A DNA stretch of 64,000 nucleotides, from NCBI GenBank assembly GCA_965224245.1, contig OZ245046.1, positions 3,936,001-4,000,000 on the forward strand, written 5' to 3'. Source of the stretch: Candidatus Eiseniibacteriota bacterium. Lineage in GTDB: Bacteria; Eisenbacteria; RBG-16-71-46; CAZAMP01. Below the pieces are notes generated by a model. That model saw only the letters and a program-made list of their open reading frames with translations. It had not been told where the DNA came from and ran no database searches. Position 1 is the first letter of the stretch, and every line of letters starts with the position of its first letter. This document shows, in pieces, positions 10,601-18,246 of this stretch. The position numbers and the translations under genes are program-made.

Positions 10601-11045
10601 GGGCTTCCCGGATCACGACCGCCCGATCGGCGAGGGGCTCGAGCGTCTCGGCGGTCGGGTTGCGCGTACGGATGTGGGCGAGGACGAGGAGATCGATCAC
10701 GCTGGCGGTGGCGGGAGAGTCGTCTCCGGTCGCCGCTTCGATGCGTGGCAGTAGCGCGTCCAGGCCGTCGATCGCCTCGTCCAGCTCGAAGCGCTCGACC
10801 GCGGCTTCGAGCGCCCGATACTCCGTCTCGAGCGCCTCGGGTACGTCGGCCCACGCGGTGGAATCGGCGTGCGCGCGCGATCCTGACGCGGGCGAGGCGC
10901 TCGTTTGGCTCGGCACGTCCGGCGAGGCCGGGGCGCTCGATGCGGGCGCGACGGGTACGCTCGCCGCACCCGCCAGCGCCACGCAGAGCGTGCCCACGAG
11001 GCGTTGTCGTGTCGATCGTGTCATGCGCGCGCGTCGTTTCATCAT
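7650..11045 (-). CDS. TPR-repeat plus CHAT (caspase-like) protease with a putative signal peptide
   Basis: About ten 42-aa kinesin-light-chain-type TPRs (LGPEHxxVAxxLNNL). C-terminal CHAT with HVATHGF (His), VLSACNTG (Cys), SLWPVSD and HPHRWA. Basic plus hydrophobic N-terminus. Confidence 0.93.
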   Translation of the reverse strand: MMKRRARMTRSTRQRLVGTLCVALAGAASVPVAPASSAPASPDVPSQTSASPASGSRAHADSTAWADVPEALETEYRALEAAVERFELDEAIDGLDALLPRIEAATGDDSPATASVIDLLVLAHIRTRNPTAETLEPLADRAVVIREAHEADQPVALAHSLVNRATLHRVAAEYDRAIDLAERAVALRERELGPDALETAKALSFLNYVLRDSGQTARALAVAERVLDIRRRVLGPEHTKVASALNQIGSTLVFAGRYVEARDALARSLAIQEKTRGPEHLTTVSAMHNLAVIQQRLGYHAEARVFLERALVVRRARLAPDHPTLAQNLKVLGDVLAATGDHQGAIDYLEEALTIRERVLGADHAYVAAVADALGAACIHLGRYDDAERYLQRALSIYRANASLGELSVASTLNNLAIVEAERGRPAAAESIHRDVLSLREAHLDARHPDVLTSRHNLASELRWGGRPTEALALIEAAVEGREEVLGSDHPDLASSLVMRAMVLADLGDPGLAMTSAARANGINRRQLRETMSVLSERQALESAARLRMSLDWLLSVAVDHGEEKELVSRALDELIRSRALVLDEMGRRRRLGVTSSDPVVLELAAELGAARDTLAELLVLGPAGEPEAYRARLERARARLERAEFAQGEATRRVASRGVDAGIAEVRAALPDRSAIVAYARYWHQQSPRPDPFASRSGDGRYLAFVLRDDRVDVPVVPLGSAAKIDSLVASWRREVTGIASTGDRTRGIRRDRVDPDVLDRYRRAGDALRSRIWDPVASVVDDRSLALIVPAGALNLVSFASLPSGADSYLVEAAPTLHVLSSERLVAASQGDRHGRGLLALGGVAFDASPASGDEPLVAGRLPPEVVDYRGFTADCLDFGELVFEPLPLTAEEVTEVATVFRHGRRHGGASPADRAATEGDDGRTRVLLGSEATEAALRSLAPAREVVHVATHGFFVDPTCGWALAASGESTRMDGAKRSVTVDASALRLSGLALAGANRRAEERSSQYDGVLTAEEIVGLDLEGVGWVVLSACNTGVGRVSSSEGVFGLRRAVEIAGARTLIMSLWPVSDEATRDWMSALYAARFRDGLSTAEACRAACLVRLAALREAGYSTHPHRWAGCVAAGDWR

Positions 11046-11066
11046 CGGGTCACACGTCGAGCCTCA

Positions 11067-11075
11067 ATGGTATCA
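11067..11075 (-). promoter_or_regulatory. Extended -10 element (TG-A-TACCAT) upstream of the CHAT gene
   Basis: TGnTAnnnT pattern about 20 nt before ATG 11045. Confidence 0.45.
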
Positions 11076-11140
11076 GCGACGGCACCTCCCGGCCACGCAC
11101 GCCGCGCCGATCGCACCGGGATCGAGGCGATCGGGGGCGC

Positions 11141-14100
11141 TCATCTCGTCACCAGGACCTTTCGCGAGCGTACGCCCTCGCCGGTCACCAGGCGAACGAG
11201 GTAGACGCCGCTCGGCACCGGGTGACCGCGCGCGTCGCGACCATCCCACCTGATCGTGTGTCGTGGGGACCGCAGGTCACGGTCGTGCAGCGAGGTCACG
11301 TATCGTCCGGCCACGTCGTGGACGGTGACCTCGACTCGCCCGGGGCGATCGAGCACGACCTCCAGCCGCGTGTGCGATCGCGTGGGGTTGGGGAACGCGC
11401 TCGACACGATCGGCGGCAGCCCGGCCGGCGCCTCCCCGTCGGCGAGCGCCAGAATCGTGCCTCCGGTCCGGATGTCCTTCTCGGTCGTGGCGTTGCCAGG
11501 GAGGGAGAACCACGGCGAGTGAGGAAACAGCGGTGACCGCGTGACGACCCGGGCTCGCCAGTGGTACGAGGTCGCCTCTTCGAGACCGGTCACGAAGCCC
11601 ATGAAGAGCAGCTGGCTGCCTGCGCCGGACACCGGAGTGCCGGTGTCGAGGAACGCCGGGCTCCGTCCGAGGCCCGCGCCATCGAAGGGGACGCCCAGTG
11701 GCTTCACCTCCCACTCCAGGCGGACGTCGCCGCGGCCGGCCGGCGTGCGCCCCGCCACCGAGATCCGGAAGGCGGTGTCGTCGTCGGAGACGCCGAGGAG
11801 GCTCACGGGCGTCGTCGACGCGATTCGCCTCTGCTGCACGGGGCGGTCCATGCCGTCTCCACCGTTGCCCAGGAACCCCAGGGTGCGGCCGCCGTGAATC
11901 GTCGCATCCGACCAGCCGGGTGCACCGACCAGCACGTCGGCATAGCCATCCCCGTTCACGTCGCCGGCCCCACAGACGGACCAGCCGAGACGTGCGGACG
12001 CGAGGCCGCCGGTCGTCGCCCACCCGGCGCGACGACTCGGCCCGGACACGCTGCCGGTGTAGACGAGGGCCGCCCCCTCCGAGGGAGCGCCGGCGGACCA
12101 CGCGTAGCTGCCGACGATGACGTCGGAGTAGCCGTCCCCGTTCACGTCACCGGCGCCGGCCACGTCATGTCCGTAGGCCACCGACGAGAGTCCGGAGCCG
12201 GCCGCCCAGTCGGCGTTGCCCGGCTCACCGGGCGCTCCGAGGCCCGAGGCGCCACCCAGCCACACGAAGGCGCGCCCCTCGTCGACCTGATCGGCGTCGT
12301 ACAGATAGGCGCCGACGATCACGTCGGAGTAGCCGTCCCCGTTCACGTCGCCCGCGCTGGCCGCCGACCACCCGAACGCCGCCGCGCCCTGGTTGCTCTC
12401 CGCGTGCCAGTCGGCGGTCGTCTCGTCGCCCGAGGCGCCGAGACCGCCGGGGCTCCCGTGCCACACGAACACGGTTCCCTCCCCCGCTTCCGCGCCACCG
12501 ACGTCCGAGTATGCGGGCGCTCCGACGATGACGTCCGAGAACCCATCGGCGTTCACGTCTCCGGCCGTGGCGACACGGCCGCCGAACGTCGCGTTCGGCA
12601 GCGTGCCCGAGGTGGTCCACGCGGCGACCGCACCCGGACCGCTCTCGCCTCCGTGATGCAGATACACGCGACCGCGCTCCCCGTCGTACCCGCTGGCCCC
12701 GATCAGCACGTCGGCGAAGCCATCCCCGTCGACGTCTCCGGCCGAGGCAACCGAGGTGCCGAACAGGTCGCCGACCGCCTCCCCGAACTCCCGCCAGTCC
12801 ACGTTGGTGGGGACCCCGAACGCCCCGAGACCCGTCGGGCTCCCGAACCACGCAAACGCGGCCCCCGCGACACCGCCCTGGTCGTAGTACGGCGCGCCGA
12901 CGATGACGTCGTCATATCCGTCGCCGTCGACGTCGCCCGCCATCGCCACCGAAGCCCCGAGCCGGGCGCCTGCCTGATTGCTCTCCGCACGCCACACGCC
13001 GGTGAGATCCAGACCATCGCGCGAGCCGAAGTAGACGAACGCGGCGCCTTCGTCGACCTCACCGCTGTCGTAGAGAGGACTTCCGATGATGACGTCCGAG
13101 TAGCCGTCCCCGTTCACGTCACCGGCGCCGGCGACGGACGATCCCCAGAGTGCGGCGTTCTGTGTCGTCCCGGCGCCGAATGCCGCGGACGTGTCGAGCC
13201 CTTCGGGAACGCCGCGATAGCAGGCGGCGAATCCGTCGCCGGACGTCGGCGAGCCGACGAGCACGTCGCCGAAGCCGTCGCCGTCCACGTCACCCGCCGC
13301 GGCAACCGCCATCCCGAAGTTCCCGAGCGAAACGGTGCCGTAGAGCGACTCGCTCGCCGTTCCCGACAGCCCGGCCGCACCTCCCTCGAACAGGAACGCA
13401 CCGCCGACGTTCGCCACCGTCGGACCGTCCACGCCGGGTGCCCCCACCACGACGTCGGCGTAGCCGTCGCCGTTCACATCCCCCGCGCTCGCCACCACCG
13501 TACCGGCGTAGCCGTCTTCCTGGGCCGGCCCGAACGACCACACGGGAAGCAGCGTGGGACCGCTGGCGGTCCCGAGGTACGCGAAGGCGGCCCCCTCGGC
13601 GGGTGCGGTGGAGGACCACAGAGGCGATCCGACGAGCACGTCGGCATAGCCGTCACCGTTCACGTCGCCGGCGCTCGACACGGAGATGCCGTAGTTCGTG
13701 TCGTCGATTCCGTCGGTCGCGCTCCACATCGCGCTCGCGGGAGTGGCGCCGGCCGGCAGTCCGGAGGCGCCGCCGCCCCACACGAAGGCCGCCCCCCACG
13801 GCGCGCCGGCCCATTCGTACCCGGTCGCCCCGGCGATGACGTCGTCGTATCCGTCACCGTTCACGTCCCCCGCCGTCGACACCGAGGCGCCGAGACGAGC
13901 ACCGGCGGCGCCCCCGGTCACGACCCACGAGCCCGCGAAGCCCAGCCCCGCGGCCGATCCGTAGAAGACGGTCAGTCGCCCCTCGTCGGCCACCGCGCCA
14001 TCCCAGCGCCAGGTCCCGAACGCGACGTCGGCGAACCCATCGCCGTTCACGTCGCCCGCGCAGGCGACCGAGTTCCCCAGCTCCGCGAACGCCTGGTTGC

Positions 14101-15286
14101 TCTCGAAGAGCCAGTCGATCCCGGTGAGCGCACCCGAGGGGCCCAGCCCCCCCGCACCGCCGTACCAGACGAAGCACGCGCCCTCGTCCGTCTGTCCGTT
14201 GGAGTAGAGACGAGCCCCGACGATCACGTCGTCATAGCCGTCGCCGTTCACGTCGCCCGCGCTGGACACCGACGAGCCGAGGTACGTGTTCGCCAATCCC
14301 CCCACGTTCGTCCAGTCCGGGGTCGGAGACGGACCCGACGGTGATCCGAGATGCAGGTAGACCTTGCCCTGATCGGTCGTCCCGGAGTCGTAATCGGGGG
14401 CACCGACGATCACGTCGGAATAGCCGTCTCCGTTCACGTCACCGGCGGTCGCGACCGCGGCCGCGAAGAGGCTTCCGCCCTGCTCGCTCTCGAAGATCCA
14501 GTCCGGCGTCACGATCAGGGGATCGACCACCACGGGATACGTCGCGTCGCGGTCGTCGACCACGATGCGGACGTGGTCACCGCCGAGCTCGAGCCGGGAC
14601 GGGAGCTCGCGACCGCACGCGTCCACCACCACGAGATCTCGGTACCGGAGAACGTGCGCGCCGTCGTGAGAGAAGTCGATCCACCGTCCCGAAGGGTCGA
14701 GGTCCGCGAGGAGCCTCCTCGGCTCGTTCGTGCACTCGGTCAGGGATCCCTCGATGCAGAGCGCGCCGGCGCCGGGCGGAGAGCGATGCAGCGTGAATCC
14801 CTGCTCCACCCCGCGGGGCGTGTTCTCGTACCACTCGACGATCCCCGCTCTGGCATAGACGACGCGCCGGTCGTCGGCGACGGGCGAGACGGCCTCGGCA
14901 GGTCGCATGAGATCGGTGCGACCCCAGCGCGTCGTCGTCCACCCGAGCTCCCAGTCGGAACGCGGATCGGTCCGGCTGACCACCCGGATGCCGTCGGGAT
15001 CGAAGAACGTCCTGAGACCGTGCTCGCGGTTCGGCGCCTGGAGGACGCCTCCCGGGCCCGGTGTCACCGCGTACTCGGCGGCAATCATGGCGGCGCGAGC
15101 CGCTGACCACCAGTCGCCGTCGATGCCGGTGGACGAGAGGCTCGTCGCGTCCGATCCTCCGGCCGCGGCCGGGCTCGGCGCGGACGCCGGCGGCGAGACG
15201 CCGTGGCCCGGCAGCGGTGCGGTCGCGAGGGCAACCACCGTGATCAGCAACGCGGCGAGAGCGCGTCTGGGATTTCGAGCGGACAT
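11141..15286 (-). CDS. Secreted FG-GAP (integrin-alpha-like beta-propeller) repeat protein with C-terminal FlgD-Ig-like domain
   Basis: CAGGAGG SD before ATG 15286, signal peptide, 14 copies of AGDV(N/D)(G/A)DG(Y/F)xDV, and C-terminal FPNP...VHDVAGRYV...WDGRDARGHPVPSGVYLVRL...RKVLV. Confidence 0.93.
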   Translation of the reverse strand: MSARNPRRALAALLITVVALATAPLPGHGVSPPASAPSPAAAGGSDATSLSSTGIDGDWWSAARAAMIAAEYAVTPGPGGVLQAPNREHGLRTFFDPDGIRVVSRTDPRSDWELGWTTTRWGRTDLMRPAEAVSPVADDRRVVYARAGIVEWYENTPRGVEQGFTLHRSPPGAGALCIEGSLTECTNEPRRLLADLDPSGRWIDFSHDGAHVLRYRDLVVVDACGRELPSRLELGGDHVRIVVDDRDATYPVVVDPLIVTPDWIFESEQGGSLFAAAVATAGDVNGDGYSDVIVGAPDYDSGTTDQGKVYLHLGSPSGPSPTPDWTNVGGLANTYLGSSVSSAGDVNGDGYDDVIVGARLYSNGQTDEGACFVWYGGAGGLGPSGALTGIDWLFESNQAFAELGNSVACAGDVNGDGFADVAFGTWRWDGAVADEGRLTVFYGSAAGLGFAGSWVVTGGAAGARLGASVSTAGDVNGDGYDDVIAGATGYEWAGAPWGAAFVWGGGASGLPAGATPASAMWSATDGIDDTNYGISVSSAGDVNGDGYADVLVGSPLWSSTAPAEGAAFAYLGTASGPTLLPVWSFGPAQEDGYAGTVVASAGDVNGDGYADVVVGAPGVDGPTVANVGGAFLFEGGAAGLSGTASESLYGTVSLGNFGMAVAAAGDVDGDGFGDVLVGSPTSGDGFAACYRGVPEGLDTSAAFGAGTTQNAALWGSSVAGAGDVNGDGYSDVIIGSPLYDSGEVDEGAAFVYFGSRDGLDLTGVWRAESNQAGARLGASVAMAGDVDGDGYDDVIVGAPYYDQGGVAGAAFAWFGSPTGLGAFGVPTNVDWREFGEAVGDLFGTSVASAGDVDGDGFADVLIGASGYDGERGRVYLHHGGESGPGAVAAWTTSGTLPNATFGGRVATAGDVNADGFSDVIVGAPAYSDVGGAEAGEGTVFVWHGSPGGLGASGDETTADWHAESNQGAAAFGWSAASAGDVNGDGYSDVIVGAYLYDADQVDEGRAFVWLGGASGLGAPGEPGNADWAAGSGLSSVAYGHDVAGAGDVNGDGYSDVIVGSYAWSAGAPSEGAALVYTGSVSGPSRRAGWATTGGLASARLGWSVCGAGDVNGDGYADVLVGAPGWSDATIHGGRTLGFLGNGGDGMDRPVQQRRIASTTPVSLLGVSDDDTAFRISVAGRTPAGRGDVRLEWEVKPLGVPFDGAGLGRSPAFLDTGTPVSGAGSQLLFMGFVTGLEEATSYHWRARVVTRSPLFPHSPWFSLPGNATTEKDIRTGGTILALADGEAPAGLPPIVSSAFPNPTRSHTRLEVVLDRPGRVEVTVHDVAGRYVTSLHDRDLRSPRHTIRWDGRDARGHPVPSGVYLVRLVTGEGVRSRKVLVTR

Positions 15287-15320
15287 GGCGACCTCCTGTT
15301 CCGTGTGTCTGACCAGTGCG

Positions 15321-15351
15321 AACACGGATCATCGGAGGCTCGAAGTTGCAG
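15321..15351 (-). promoter_or_regulatory. Putative ECF-sigma promoter CTGCAACTTCG-N14-CGTGTT upstream of the FG-GAP gene
   Basis: The 11-bp box is identical to the one at 16303-16313, with the same spacing to a GTsTT -10-like element. Confidence 0.6.
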
Positions 15352-15393
15352 CAGGATCGGTCGCGAACGGGGGGCGATGGGCTCCGGGCGCGG

Positions 15394-16263
15394 TCACGGC
15401 CGGTGGAGCACGTCCACGACGCGAACCGTTCCGCTCGCCGCCTCGAGGATGGCCCGCGTGGCCGACGTCGCCGACGACAGCGTCAGCTCGGGCGCCACCG
15501 AGTCCAGCCGGCGGTCCAGCGACTCGAGGTCCGGCGCTGAAGAGAACGCCGCCACGAGGATGCGTTCGGAGCCGGCCTCGCCGGACAGCGACCATCGATG
15601 CTCGCTCGCGGACGGCGGGACGACGTGGGTCCGACCGGCGGGCCACGGCGCCTGCGCGCCGGCCGGGGTGTCCGGCCACAGGAGCGCGACCTGTCCATCG
15701 GAGTCGACGTGAACGGCGACGACGAACGCCGGCTCGGTGAGCTCGAACGCCACCACGAACCGATCGCCGGTTCGGAGCTCCTCCACCGGCGACGCTCCGC
15801 CGGTGCCGCGCACCCCGATCGGTCGGGTCACGAAGACGCTCTCCCACGGTCCGGCCTCGTTCGAGGGACGCAGCAGGACGATTGTGGCGGCGGCCGCCGC
15901 GACGACGGGCATGAAGACTCGCCACGAGACGACCCGGGCCCACGCCTGCCGCCATCCGGCACCGCCGGCCGCTTCGCCTGCAGCGCCCGTCTCGCGAAGG
16001 CCCAGCTGCCGGCGGAGCGCCGCGAGGCTGGCCTCCTCGGCTCGACGCTCTGCGGGCGACATCGGGTCGGTCTCGGCCGGCCCGGGGCGAAGATCCAGGT
16101 CCCCGTCGGGATCGGGTGCCCGCTCGACGGCCCGGAGTCGCTCCAGCGTTTCGCGGTACCGCGGATGGCCGTCCAGAAACGCGTCCACACGGCGACGCTC
16201 GGCGTCATCGAGGTCGTCGTAGGCGAGAATGAGCTCGCGCATGGTCCGGGCCTCGTCGGTCAT
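15394..16263 (-). CDS. Membrane anti-sigma factor: degenerate zf-HC2-like N-terminus, TM helix, DUF4384-like extracytoplasmic domain
   Basis: Directly downstream of the ECF sigma. LDDAERRRVDAFL (anti-sigma-domain pattern), TM VFMPVVAAAAATIVLL, then LRTGDRF...VVAVHVDSDGQVALLWP...GSERILVAA (DUF4384-like). GAGGTGG SD. Confidence 0.78.
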   Translation of the reverse strand: MTDEARTMRELILAYDDLDDAERRRVDAFLDGHPRYRETLERLRAVERAPDPDGDLDLRPGPAETDPMSPAERRAEEASLAALRRQLGLRETGAAGEAAGGAGWRQAWARVVSWRVFMPVVAAAAATIVLLRPSNEAGPWESVFVTRPIGVRGTGGASPVEELRTGDRFVVAFELTEPAFVVAVHVDSDGQVALLWPDTPAGAQAPWPAGRTHVVPPSASEHRWSLSGEAGSERILVAAFSSAPDLESLDRRLDSVAPELTLSSATSATRAILEAASGTVRVVDVLHRP

Positions 16264-16282
16264 GGCTTCCACCTCAGCTCGA

Positions 16283-16313
16283 AAGACTGCTCGCGACCCC
16301 ACCGAAGTTGCAG
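16283..16313 (-). promoter_or_regulatory. Putative ECF-sigma promoter CTGCAACTTCG-N14-AGTCTT upstream of the anti-sigma gene
   Basis: Second copy of the motif, in the 97-bp sigma/anti-sigma gap. Confidence 0.6.
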
Positions 16314-16360
16314 TCCGCCATGCGCGGACCGATCACGTGGCGTGATCACGGGCGCTCCCC

Positions 16361-16975
16361 TCACCTCGAGTCCTCCTCCGGAAGCGCGAGATCGAGCCGC
16401 TCCACCAGGCACCGCCTGAGCGCCAGTCGGCCTCGCCGGATCCACGCTCTGACGGTGTTCAGGGGCGCCGCCATGTGGCGCGCGATCTCATCGTAGGACA
16501 TCTCGTGATCGAGCAGATGAACGATGGCCTGCCGGTGCCGGTCGTTCGTCAACGTCGAGAGGCAGGCGTCGAACGCGGCCCGGATCTCGACGTCCGCGAG
16601 GCGGTCGTCGGCGCTCCGGCTCGCCGACACCGGCGCACGCGGGTCGAGAGCGTCGCCGTGTGCGTGCTCGCGATCGGACCGGATGCGCTCGCGACGCAGG
16701 CAGTCGAGGAGGCGATAGTTGGCCCGCTTGCGAAACCAGGCCCAGAAGCAGCCGGGTCGCGTGTATACGAAGCGACCCGATCGGAGGTCGGACAGAACAC
16801 CGAGAAGCGTATCGTGTGTCCAGTCCTGGCGTAGCCCGTCGTCGCGCGTGAGACGGCACGCCATGCGATAGACCGGACGGTGCGTACGGGTGAGGAAATC
16901 GTCCACCGCGGGATCGGACCCACGGAGGAGTCCCTCGACCAGCGAGTGCTCGTCATCGTCTCGTCGGGCGTCCAT
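16361..16975 (-). CDS. ECF-type RNA polymerase sigma factor
   Basis: Region 2 (VYRMACRL...FWAWF...ANYRLLDCLRR) and region 4 HTH (MSYDEIARHMAAPLNTVRAWIRRGR). -10 TATGCT sits 6 nt before the ATG, so the mRNA is probably leaderless. Confidence 0.93.
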   Translation of the reverse strand: MDARRDDDEHSLVEGLLRGSDPAVDDFLTRTHRPVYRMACRLTRDDGLRQDWTHDTLLGVLSDLRSGRFVYTRPGCFWAWFRKRANYRLLDCLRRERIRSDREHAHGDALDPRAPVSASRSADDRLADVEIRAAFDACLSTLTNDRHRQAIVHLLDHEMSYDEIARHMAAPLNTVRAWIRRGRLALRRCLVERLDLALPEEDSR

Positions 16976-17088
16976 GCCTGGAGCATACGCACGCACGAGC
17001 GGATTCTGCGAGACCGATCCCCACGCGGACCCCGGGGGCGTCGGGTCCCACCGCCGGCGCACGTGCCGACGGTGGGCGACGGATCGAC

Positions 17089-17841
17089 CTAGAAGCTCAC
17101 CCTGGCCTGAAGCCCGAACGTGACGTGGTCCTCGTCCACGCTCGCAGCCGAGAGGGCATCACCGATCGTCGAGTTCAGGACGGCCGTGTACGACAGCGAC
17201 GGCGACACCTGGATCCCGTTCGGGAACGAGACGTCGACCGCGGCGCGAAGACCGGCATCGCTCAGCGAGCCCTCGTCGACGGCGAAGGTCTGGGCGTGAT
17301 AGCTCCCGGTCGCGGCCGCGACGTGCGCGGTCAGGTTCAGCGCCGCGATCGGGGCCACCGGCATGCCGTAGCCGGCGCCGAGCCGGGCGTACGCGCCGTC
17401 GGTATCCCCGACGCCCAGGTACACCGCGGCCGATGCCTCGACCGGCAGGCGCGTGGTCGACGCCGATGCGAACAGCTCGTGCGAGTCCACGTCGGTCACC
17501 GGATAGCGACGCAGGAGATAGCCGCCGTTCAGCTCGACCGCACCGACCTCGCGACGCAGGCCGGCTTCCACGTCGATCTCGGTGAACTCGCCCGAGTGCG
17601 ACTGGCGATCGGTGAGATCGGAGAAACCGGCCGCGCGAAACGCGAAGACACCGGACGACATGCCGATGCCCGTCTCGACCACGGGCTCGTCGTTCATGAC
17701 CATCCCTCGCGTGACGTGCGCGGAGTAGACACCGAGGTCGGCGGACACCTCGACTCCCCCGGGGGCTGCGAGTGCCGGTGACGCGATCAGCGTGACCGTG
17801 GCGGCGAGTCCGGCCGCCAGCGAGCGGTTTCGTCGTTCCAT
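17089..17841 (-). CDS. Outer-membrane beta-barrel protein (TorF/Gcw_chp-like)
   Basis: Signal peptide, YSAHVTRG, EIDVEAG, amphipathic strands and C-terminal Phe (QARVSF). Confidence 0.7.
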   Translation of the reverse strand: MERRNRSLAAGLAATVTLIASPALAAPGGVEVSADLGVYSAHVTRGMVMNDEPVVETGIGMSSGVFAFRAAGFSDLTDRQSHSGEFTEIDVEAGLRREVGAVELNGGYLLRRYPVTDVDSHELFASASTTRLPVEASAAVYLGVGDTDGAYARLGAGYGMPVAPIAALNLTAHVAAATGSYHAQTFAVDEGSLSDAGLRAAVDVSFPNGIQVSPSLSYTAVLNSTIGDALSAASVDEDHVTFGLQARVSF

Positions 17842-18246
17842 CGTTCTGGCCTTCCCTTCGCGGCTGAGTCGTCGGGGCTCGGCGTGGATCGCCGAGGGGC
17901 GTTGGCCCATCGAGTTCGGTATCGACCGAACCGCGAGCGCGGGGAATGGCGGCTTCGACGAAAACGATCGGGAGGGTTCCCGACTGGTTCGGGGCGTGCG
18001 GGGCGCGGCTCGTTTGGACCGCACCGGCGTGCGATCGGTCCCGGCGTCCGAACGCCGAGACGGACGGAGCGGCTGGCGTCGCGCGGTCGTGCGGCGCCGG
18101 GAGCGCCGGGCGTGCCCGGGACGGAACGGGCGGCGGAGGGCGCGCGGTCGCGCCCGGCGCGGCGCGCCCGGCGCGGAACGGGCCGCGAGACGGGAGCTCG
18201 AGGAGGCGAGTCGCGGACCGCGCTCGCCCCCCGGACGCGTGGCCGG

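Noticed and set aside
7650-16975. True type III-E CRISPR-Craspase locus
   Set aside because: No Cas7-11, Csx30/31 or array. The CHAT looks exported and the anti-sigma is membrane-bound, so the similarity is in logic only.
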